Both the position numbers and the translations under genes were made by a program. The notes below the pieces were generated by a model, which saw only the letters and a program-made list of their open reading frames with translations, was not told the origin of the DNA and did not search any database. A stretch of DNA of 17,268 nt from Dubosiella newyorkensis (lineage in GTDB: Bacteria > Bacillota_I > Bacilli_A > Erysipelotrichales > Erysipelotrichaceae), in assembly GCF_001945605.1 (NCBI RefSeq), contig NZ_MPKA01000091.1:1-17268 (forward strand), read 5' to 3'. Positions 8,585-15,092 of the stretch are shown here, piece by piece (positions within the stretch are counted from its first letter, which is position 1; each line of letters opens with the position of its first letter).

Positions 8585-9688
8585 ATGAAAAAGATTTTAA
8601 TTGGTTATATATCAAATACTAAAGGAAGCGGTTTAGATAACTATATATTCCAACTCGTAGATGTTTTAAAAAGAGAAGAGGTTCAAATCGATCTTTTAAG
8701 CAGTGCTATTGATGAAGAATTAAAAGAAAAATATAAACAAGATCCTAATGTTCGGCTTCTTCCAATCAATCGTATTCCACAACCACATAAACGATATAAA
8801 CAAATTAAGAATTATATTAATGAAAATCAATATGATATTGCCTATTTTAATATTTCTGAGGCATTTGATTGTTTTGGAAATCTTGCAAGTTATGGAAGAG
8901 TACCTGTAACAATTACTCATAGCCATGCTTCTGGTAATGATAATCAAAATAGAATTAAAAGATATATTTCTAAAATTGCTCATATAATAGGGCGTCCAAT
9001 TTTAAATCAACATACGAATTATAGATTTGCTTGTTCTGATATAGCTGCAAAATGGCTTTTCGGAAAAAATAAGCAATATCGAGTAATAAGGAATACAATC
9101 AATAGTAAAAAATTTATTTTCAATAACGCAAATCGAGTTGAAATACGAAAAAATTTAAATTTAAGTGATGATGATATAGTGTTAGGCTTTGTAGGAAATC
9201 TAACTTATTCTAAAAACCCTTTTTCATTAATTGCTTTAGTTAAAGAATTAAAGAGAAAACTACCGAAAACTAAACTTCTAATGATTGGCGATGGGCCTTT
9301 AAAAGACGAAATTATAAAAACAATCAAAGAAGAAAGCCTTGAAAATAACATTTATGTTTTGGGAAAAAAGTTTGATGTCGAAAAATATTACAGTGCTATG
9401 GACTTGTTTATTCTTCCTTCTAATTTTGAAGGATATGGAATAGTTGGTGTTGAAGCTCAAGTTAACGGGTTGCCTTGTTTATTTTCAAAAAACGTACCTA
9501 ATTCATTATCTTTTAGTAATAAGGCAAAGTTTTATGATCCAAGGAATTTAAAAGAAGGTGCAGAGAAAGTTGTCCAGCTTTTAAAAGGAGGAAGAAACCA
9601 TAGGCTATCGTTTAATTCTAATATCATATATGATATAGAAGATCAAAAAAGTGAATTTATTGATATGTTTATAAATGATAAATTTTAA
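8585..9688 (+). CDS. Family 4 (GT-B, GT1/GT4-type) glycosyltransferase
   Basis: The C-terminal half has the retaining GT4 pattern: LGFVGNL...KNP..LI.....K..LP..KLLMIGDGPL...........YVLGKKFDVEKYYSAMDLFILPSNFEGYGIVGVEAQVNGLPCLFS (E-x7-E motif). Confidence 0.85.
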   Translation: MKKILIGYISNTKGSGLDNYIFQLVDVLKREEVQIDLLSSAIDEELKEKYKQDPNVRLLPINRIPQPHKRYKQIKNYINENQYDIAYFNISEAFDCFGNLASYGRVPVTITHSHASGNDNQNRIKRYISKIAHIIGRPILNQHTNYRFACSDIAAKWLFGKNKQYRVIRNTINSKKFIFNNANRVEIRKNLNLSDDDIVLGFVGNLTYSKNPFSLIALVKELKRKLPKTKLLMIGDGPLKDEIIKTIKEESLENNIYVLGKKFDVEKYYSAMDLFILPSNFEGYGIVGVEAQVNGLPCLFSKNVPNSLSFSNKAKFYDPRNLKEGAEKVVQLLKGGRNHRLSFNSNIIYDIEDQKSEFIDMFINDKF

Positions 9689-9698
9689 GGAGGAATAT

Positions 9699-10823
9699 AT
9701 GAAAAAATACGATTATCTAATTGTAGGAACAGGACTATTTGGTTCTGTATTTGCTCAACAAGCAAAAGCAAAAGGAAAAAAAGTGCTTATGATCGAGAAA
9801 AGAGATCATATTGCAGGAAATGTTTACACTAAACAAGAACATGGGATTCATGTTCATAAATATGGAGCCCATATCTTTCATACAAACAATAAAAAAGTTT
9901 GGGATTATGTAAATCAATTTGCTGAATTCAATCGCTTTACAAATTCGCCAGTCGCAAATTATAAAGGAGAACTGTATTCTCTTCCATTCAACATGTATAC
10001 CTTTAATAAAATGTGGAATGTTGTTACTCCAGAAGAAGCCAAACAAAAAATTGAGGAGCAGCGAAAAGAAGCAGGAATCACGCAACCAAAGAACCTCGAA
10101 GAACAAGCGATATCTTTAGTAGGGAAAGATATTTATGAAAAATTGATCAAAGGATATACCGAAAAACAATGGGGAAGAGATTGTAAAGACCTTCCATCAT
10201 TTATCATTCGGCGATTGCCTGTACGGTTCACATTCGATAACAATTATTTTAACGCGCTCTATCAAGGAATTCCAATGGGCGGATATACTAAAATGGTTGC
10301 GAATATGATCGATGGAATCGAAGTAAGATTGAATACAGACTATTTAAAAGAAAAAGAACAACTCGATCAATTAGCTGAAAAAGTCATTTATACCGGACCA
10401 ATTGACGCATATTTTGATTATCAATTAGATCCCCTTGAATATCGGTCTGTTCGATTTGAGGAAGAACATTTGGATATAGATAATTTCCAAGGAAATGCAG
10501 CCGTCAATTTTACAGATCGAGAAACTCCATATACTCGTATTATTGAACATAAATGGTTTGAATTCGGAAAAGACGATGAAGGTAAAGACATTCCAACAAC
10601 GATCATTTCTAAAGAATATTCAAGCGAGTGGAAATTAGGGGATGAACCATACTATCCAGTAAATGATGAAAAGAATTCAGAAAAATATAAACAGTATAAA
10701 GAATTAGCCGATAAAGAAAAGAACGTTATTTTTGGAGGACGTTTAGCAGAATATAAGTATTACGATATGGATGTGGTAATAGCTCAGGCACTCCAAGTAG
10801 CTAAAAAAGAATTAGAGAACTAA
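9699..10823 (+). CDS. glf: UDP-galactopyranose mutase
   Basis: MKKYDYLIVGTGLFGSVFAQQAKAKGKKVLMIEKRDHIAGNVYT...GIHVHKYGAHIFHTNNKKVWDYVNQFAEFNRFTNSPVANYKGELYSLPFNMYTFNKMW aligns closely with the E. coli Glf N-terminus as I recall it, and the GGRLAEYKYYDMD end is also typical. AAGGAGG RBS sits 7 nt before the ATG at 9699. The ORF-track start at 9675 lies inside the previous gene. Confidence 0.95.
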   Translation: MKKYDYLIVGTGLFGSVFAQQAKAKGKKVLMIEKRDHIAGNVYTKQEHGIHVHKYGAHIFHTNNKKVWDYVNQFAEFNRFTNSPVANYKGELYSLPFNMYTFNKMWNVVTPEEAKQKIEEQRKEAGITQPKNLEEQAISLVGKDIYEKLIKGYTEKQWGRDCKDLPSFIIRRLPVRFTFDNNYFNALYQGIPMGGYTKMVANMIDGIEVRLNTDYLKEKEQLDQLAEKVIYTGPIDAYFDYQLDPLEYRSVRFEEEHLDIDNFQGNAAVNFTDRETPYTRIIEHKWFEFGKDDEGKDIPTTIISKEYSSEWKLGDEPYYPVNDEKNSEKYKQYKELADKEKNVIFGGRLAEYKYYDMDVVIAQALQVAKKELEN

Positions 10824-10827
10824 CCAG

Positions 10828-10866
10828 AAAAGATTTCAACCATATAGGCCGTTGAAATCTTTTTTA
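10828..10866 (+). terminator. Rho-independent terminator ending the polysaccharide operon
   Basis: aaaagatttcaac (10828-10840) pairs with gttgaaatctttt (10851-10863), with loop catataggcc and a T-run through 10865. It starts 5 nt after the glf stop. Confidence 0.8.
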
Positions 10867-11008
10867 GTTTACAAGTATTAATATTTATAAAGCATAAAAT
10901 TTCAATAAACTAGCAGAATTTTATAAAAATAAATTAGTAATAGAAATATAGATGAAGTAGATAAGAAATTTGAATTTAGAGATAAGCAAAATTGATATTG
11001 ATTTTCTT

Positions 11009-11017
11009 TGCTATAAT
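11009..11017 (+). promoter_or_regulatory. Extended -10 promoter element (TGcTATAAT) for the LtaS-like gene
   Basis: A perfect TG-n-TATAAT lies 31 nt upstream of the ATG at 11048, inside a 224-bp AT-rich gap that follows a terminator. I found no convincing -35 at 17-bp spacing. Confidence 0.4.
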
Positions 11018-11047
11018 CAGTAAAATCCATAAAATGGAGGACAAATC

Positions 11048-12589
11048 ATGTGGATATTCTTTATCACATTATCATATTTACTTTTTCTGTTTTTAAATAT
11101 CATTATTTATACAAAATTTTATTTTACAGTACGACTTTCGATAAGAAGTTTTGGACAAATATTATATACCATTCAAAACGGTTTATCTGGAGCTGAAAGC
11201 ACTGTATCTGAAGTAATTGGAGATTTTTTTGTTCGTCAGTGGCCTTACTTATTATTAGGTACAATTGTTTATATAGCTTTATTATTAATATATATAAAAA
11301 ATAAAAGAGGAGAAATAAAGACTAAATTCGAACCTAAAAAATTCACAAAGTGCTTAAATTATGGAATTATAGGTATATTGTGTATTACGATTTTTTTAGA
11401 CTTATATAATGGCTTTTTTTTATGTAGAACATTAGGTGTAGGAGACTATTTAGATAGTTTAAGAGTTGACAGTGATCTTTTTGATAATAATTATGTGGAT
11501 GCTCGATTAACAAATATTGATTTTCCAGAAAAGAAAAGAAATCTTATTTATATTTTATCTGAATCGATGGAACAGAGTTATACAGATGAAAACGAAGGAG
11601 GAGGGTTTAAGCAAACACTCATTCCTGAATTATCTAAATTAGCTAAAGAAAATAATGATTTTTCATCTAAAAAAGATCATAAGTTAAATGGTGGCTTCAC
11701 TCCGGGGAATACAACATGGACGACTGCTGCTATAGCTGCACAGTCTATGGGTATTCCTTTAAATGGAGGAATAAATTATAGTCAAAATTTTGATCGTGAT
11801 TCTAAATTTTTTCCAAACGTATTTAGTTTAGGAGATGTTTTAGAAAACGAAGGATATCATAATTACTTTATGTGTGGATCTGATGCGGCTTTTGGAGGAC
11901 GAAAAAACTATTATGAGCAGCATGGCAATTACAAAGTGTTAGATTATTATACTGCTCAAAGCGATGGAATAATTGATGAAGATTATTTTGAATTCTGGGG
12001 ATATGAAGATAGTAAACTTTTTCAATATGCGAAAAAAGAACTTTCAGAAATTGCAAAGAATGAACAGCCCTTTAATTTTACAATGCTTACTGTAGATACT
12101 CACTTTGAAGATGGGTATATTTGTCCGGACTGTCCTGATAAATTTGATACTCAGTACGAAAACGTCATTAACTGTTCTGATCACAAAATTGCAGAATTTG
12201 TTAAATGGTGTCAAAGTCAGGATTTCTATAAAAATACAACTATTGTTATAGCAGGAGATCATTTAAGTATGGATGGATTTGTTGCTGATGCCGTTCCTGA
12301 AGGATTTCCAAGAAAGACTTATTTTACAGTGATCAACGGTCCTACATATGAACTAGACAAAACTAGAGAATATTCTACCTTAGACATTTTTCCTACAATT
12401 ATTGAATCACTAGGAGCACATATTGAAGGGAATCGTTTAGGTTTAGGAACATCACTTTATTCAGAAACTCCAACACTTATTGAATCTATGGGATATGAAG
12501 AATTGAGTAAGCAGATGAGCTATAATTCATATTACTATAATGCAATACTATTAAGTGGAGATGAACTTCGTGAAGATGCGAATAACTAG
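11048..12589 (+). CDS. LTA synthase / sulfatase-family (alkaline phosphatase superfamily, MdoB/LtaS-like) membrane phosphotransferase
   Basis: N-terminal hydrophobic helices are followed by an extracytoplasmic domain with NLIYILSESME, FTPGNTTWTTAAIAAQ, MLTVDTHF and TIVIAGDHLS. These have the metal-ligand/nucleophile layout of LtaS/phosphoglycerol-transferase-type enzymes. GGAGG RBS 7 nt upstream. Confidence 0.75.
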   Translation: MWIFFITLSYLLFLFLNIIIYTKFYFTVRLSIRSFGQILYTIQNGLSGAESTVSEVIGDFFVRQWPYLLLGTIVYIALLLIYIKNKRGEIKTKFEPKKFTKCLNYGIIGILCITIFLDLYNGFFLCRTLGVGDYLDSLRVDSDLFDNNYVDARLTNIDFPEKKRNLIYILSESMEQSYTDENEGGGFKQTLIPELSKLAKENNDFSSKKDHKLNGGFTPGNTTWTTAAIAAQSMGIPLNGGINYSQNFDRDSKFFPNVFSLGDVLENEGYHNYFMCGSDAAFGGRKNYYEQHGNYKVLDYYTAQSDGIIDEDYFEFWGYEDSKLFQYAKKELSEIAKNEQPFNFTMLTVDTHFEDGYICPDCPDKFDTQYENVINCSDHKIAEFVKWCQSQDFYKNTTIVIAGDHLSMDGFVADAVPEGFPRKTYFTVINGPTYELDKTREYSTLDIFPTIIESLGAHIEGNRLGLGTSLYSETPTLIESMGYEELSKQMSYNSYYYNAILLSGDELREDANN

Positions 12590-12612
12590 TTAAAAAACTT
12601 AGAATTATAACC

Positions 12613-12648
12613 AAAGGGTTCAATTTAAATGATATTGAAGCCTTTTTT
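12613..12648 (+). terminator. Rho-independent terminator
   Basis: aaagggttcaat (12613-12624) pairs with attgaagccttt (12634-12645) with one G/G mismatch, and a T-run extends to 12648. It lies 24 nt after the stop codon. Confidence 0.6.
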
Positions 12649-12683
12649 CATATCATTCCTGTTTATTTTTCGATTAAATATTT

Positions 12684-12689
12684 TATAAT
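12684..12689 (+). promoter_or_regulatory. Candidate -10 box (TATAAT) for the HTH-peptidase/PIN cassette
   Basis: A consensus TATAAT lies 22 nt upstream of the ATG at 12712 and follows the upstream terminator. The -35 is poor (tgttta at 18-bp spacing). The GGAGGTG RBS sits between it and the ATG. Confidence 0.35.
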
Positions 12690-12711
12690 GTAAACAGAGG
12701 AGGTGTGATTT

Positions 12712-13755
12712 ATGTTAAGCAAGAATCTAAAATATTATCGTTTGAAAAATAATCTTTCAAAAAAAGAACTCGCCTCTAAAGTCAACGTTTCTCCTATGGC
12801 TATTACGCACTATGAAAATGGAGATAGAAGACCAGATATGGAAATGATCAAAAAGCTTGCTCAAGTTTTACATGTCAAAATTTCCGATTTTTTGGCTATA
12901 AGGAATAACGATCTCCATTTCGTTCATGAACAGTTTCGAAAAAATAGTTCATTCACCAAACGACAACAAGAGTTTATCAAAGAAAGTGTAGAAGAGTATT
13001 TTGGACGTTTCTTTGAAGTCGTTGAAATTCTTGGAGGCGAAGTATTGCCAGAATCTTTGCCACTTCATTCATTACCTTTAACTAAAAATCGAGAACAAGA
13101 TGCCTTGATGCTTCGAAACTTTCTATCCTTAAATAGAGTTGGTCCAGTTGGAAATCTAATAGAGATCTTAGAGAATAGTGGTATTTTAGTTTATTTGCTC
13201 GATTTTGAAAAATCAACTTTTTCAGGAATGAATGGAACCGTAAACGGAAGACCCTATATTATTTTGAATAAGAATATGACTGTTGAAAGAATTCGTACAA
13301 CGATCGTCCATGAATTAGTGCATTTATTTTATCAATGGCCAGAAGATATGGATGATAAAGAATGCGAAAACTATGCTACACAAATCGCCGGAGCTTTTAT
13401 GATATCGAAGGAGGACATGATACGGGAACTTGGAGTTCAACGAAAGTCTATCACGAAAGATATGTGCTTAGTTTGTCAAGAGTATGGAATCGCTCTTTCT
13501 TTGTTAGTGGTTCGAGCAGAGCAAAGTGGAATTATCACTGATTCTATAGCAAGAAAGTTTTTTATACTCAATAATAAAAATGGAAAGGATTTTTGTGATT
13601 CCAAACTTCCATTAGAAAGACCGATCTTATTCGAACAACTCGTTTATCGGGCCGTAAATGAAGAAGAAATTTCGATCCAAAAAGGCGCCGAATTATTAAA
13701 AACAACCTATGATCATGTGGCATTGAATTGTCAGAAAGTAGACAATTGCCAATGA
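12712..13755 (+). CDS. XRE-family HTH domain fused to an ImmA/IrrE-type (peptidase M78, COG2856) zinc metallopeptidase
   Basis: N-terminal HTH_3 pattern: LKYYRLKNNLSKKELASKVNVSPMAITHYENGDRRPDMEMIKKLAQVLHV. Central HExxH (TIVHELVHLF), followed 20-30 aa later by ECENYATQIAGAFMISKEDM, the E-x2-A/Y-x-x-F/A-A-x-F-L/M-x-P/S signature of ImmA/IrrE peptidases. Strong RBS. Confidence 0.85.
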   Translation: MLSKNLKYYRLKNNLSKKELASKVNVSPMAITHYENGDRRPDMEMIKKLAQVLHVKISDFLAIRNNDLHFVHEQFRKNSSFTKRQQEFIKESVEEYFGRFFEVVEILGGEVLPESLPLHSLPLTKNREQDALMLRNFLSLNRVGPVGNLIEILENSGILVYLLDFEKSTFSGMNGTVNGRPYIILNKNMTVERIRTTIVHELVHLFYQWPEDMDDKECENYATQIAGAFMISKEDMIRELGVQRKSITKDMCLVCQEYGIALSLLVVRAEQSGIITDSIARKFFILNNKNGKDFCDSKLPLERPILFEQLVYRAVNEEEISIQKGAELLKTTYDHVALNCQKVDNCQ

Positions 13756-14252
13756 AATTGATCAGTAGCGATACAAACGTATGGATCGATTTTTTAACAA
13801 TCGATCGATTAGATTTACCATTTAAACTTCCTTTGATCTATTTGATGAATCATGAAGCTATCTATAATGAACTTGTCGAACCCAAAGGATTGAGTAAAAA
13901 ATTATTAGATTTAGGACTTCAAGGCACGGAACTATTTGAAGAAGAGTTTTTCTTAGCGGAAGTCTATAGGCAACGATATCAAAAACTCTCAGTTTTTGAT
14001 AGTATTGCGTTAGCTATCGCGAAACATCGCGTAATTCCTTTATTGACAGGAGATGGCGCTTTAAGAAAAGCAGCAAAAAAAGAAGGGGTAGAAGTTATAG
14101 GAACGATCAAATTGTTGGATATGTTATTTGAGAATCAAATTGTTGACCAAATTGAATATGTAGAATGTTTACGTTTATTCTTAACACACAATGGGGGATT
14201 CATTCGATTGCCTACTGACGAATTACTGAAAAGAATCGATCAGTTTGAATAG
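13752..14252 (+). CDS. PIN-domain protein (VapC/DUF3368-like layout), putative ribonuclease toxin/effector
   Basis: Acidic residues are spaced as in PIN nucleases: SSDTNVWID (about residue 7), NHEAIYNELVE (about residues 35-40), SVFDSIALA (about residue 92) and LLTGDGALRK (about residue 110). These are followed by ...GVEVIGTIKLLDMLF.... The ATG at 13752 overlaps the upstream TGA (ATGA). An in-frame ATG at 13728 is an alternative start. Confidence 0.7.
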   Translation: MKLISSDTNVWIDFLTIDRLDLPFKLPLIYLMNHEAIYNELVEPKGLSKKLLDLGLQGTELFEEEFFLAEVYRQRYQKLSVFDSIALAIAKHRVIPLLTGDGALRKAAKKEGVEVIGTIKLLDMLFENQIVDQIEYVECLRLFLTHNGGFIRLPTDELLKRIDQFE

Positions 14253-14273
14253 AATGAATAAAAACAAGATATA

Positions 14274-14312
14274 AAAGGGTATCCAAAAACTTTTGGGGTC
14301 ACTTTTGGGGTC
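14274..14312. repeat. ISL3 left terminal inverted repeat with two tandem CTTTTGGGGT motifs
   Basis: The sequence is aaagggtatccaaaaaCTTTTGGGGTcaCTTTTGGGGTc. A third, inverted copy (cccccaaaagt) lies at 14341-14351. Confidence 0.7.
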
Positions 14313-14355
14313 TGATGAACGAATGTAAAAAAAGAATTTACCCCCAAAAGTCCCA

Positions 14356-14396
14356 CAAAAAGGAAGAATATCATTCAGTGTGAAGATATTGCTTCC
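14356..14396 (-). terminator. Hairpin terminator downstream of the ISL3 transposase (T-runs on both strands)
   Basis: aggaagaatatc (14361-14372) pairs with gatattgcttcct (14384-14396) with one bulge. On the minus strand it is followed by TTTTT (14361-14357). On the plus strand it is followed by ttttctttttat, so it could also stop read-through from the PIN gene. Confidence 0.55.
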
Positions 14397-14420
14397 TTTT
14401 TCTTTTTATGCTATTTGGTT

Positions 14421-15092
14421 TTATTTTTTCTTATTGTAGCTGCTTCCTCTCTTTTTCTTCGTCTTTTCGCTCAGGCTTTTCGTATGGATCTGTTCAGATG
14501 TTTTTGGAATTCCCAAGATGGGTGGATCTTTTCTCTCTGCCCAAAGAATGCGGTTGCGTGTATAATCGAAATTGGAGGTTCCTCTGGCATTCCTCTTGTA
14601 GTCTTTGGGTTTTCTGTTGAATGATTCCATAGGGCCGTTCGAGAGCCGTGCATAGCAGGTTTCAAGATCCTTTGATCCTCTTCTTGAAACTTCGGCTGCT
14701 GTAAAAGAAAGTGCGATTTCTTTTTTGTGGGCTTTCAAGAACTGTGCGAATTCGACGAAGACCCGCTGATCGGATCGTTTGTATTTTTGGATCAGGGTTT
14801 CAAGAGTCTTGGAGGCTTCCTCCGTTGTTGGATAGAATGCGTCATTGAAAGCGAGATACTCTTCTTTGAGTCTGTGAAGCTTTCTCAAAGAAGGATCGAT
14901 CGCGAAAAACATCGATTCGATGGAGGCTGTATCGACACGCATTCTTAGCTTCTGATGCCACTTGGGATAGCCGGAGCGATTGATTTCTTTATAATTCTTG
15001 AGAAGGATCCAGCGATAGTCTCGAAGAAGGATGATTTCTCTGGAATCCGGAGGAGAAGATGCGGTATCCGAACATTCGGGATGGTTTTTCAA
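14421..15092 (-). CDS. ISL3-family transposase, C-terminal part (-1 frame relative to the N-terminal ORF); frameshifted gene or pseudogene
   Basis: LLRDYRWILLKNYKEI...LRKLHRLKEEYLAFN...FVEFAQFLKAHKKEI...SNGPMESFNRKPKDYKRNARG..NFDYTRNRILW is the conserved C-terminal half of ISL3 transposases. There is no independent RBS or ATG; the ORF-track start is a TTG. Confidence 0.85.
   Translation of the reverse strand: MKNHPECSDTASSPPDSREIILLRDYRWILLKNYKEINRSGYPKWHQKLRMRVDTASIESMFFAIDPSLRKLHRLKEEYLAFNDAFYPTTEEASKTLETLIQKYKRSDQRVFVEFAQFLKAHKKEIALSFTAAEVSRRGSKDLETCYARLSNGPMESFNRKPKDYKRNARGTSNFDYTRNRILWAERKDPPILGIPKTSEQIHTKSLSEKTKKKRGSSYNKKK

Noticed and set aside
9675-9698. Upstream start for glf (MINFKEEY...)
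   Set aside because: It overlaps the end of the GT4 gene and contains the AAGGAGG that serves the ATG at 9699. Glf homology, including the FAD-binding GxGxxG, starts right after that Met.
3854-12262. Antisense ORFs inside the glycan genes (3854-4120, 5871-6077, 6596-6796, 8306-8539, 8720-8983, 9735-10106, 10421-10606, 11868-12056, 12044-12262) and the plus-strand ORF 9919-10119
   Set aside because: All are fully embedded in well-supported genes. They are short, have no recognisable motifs or RBS, and show the composition expected of shadow frames.
12676-12683. AAATATTT palindrome next to the TATAAT box, considered as an operator for the XRE-HTH protein
   Set aside because: An 8-bp all-A/T palindrome is expected by chance in this AT-rich spacer. 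No second half-site or longer dyad is seen.
13728-13751. Upstream ATG (MSESRQLP...) as the PIN gene start
   Set aside because: This is not excluded. I prefer the ATG at 13752 because it forms an ATGA stop/start overlap with the upstream gene and puts the first PIN aspartate at the usual position of about residue 7. N-terminal proteomics would settle it.
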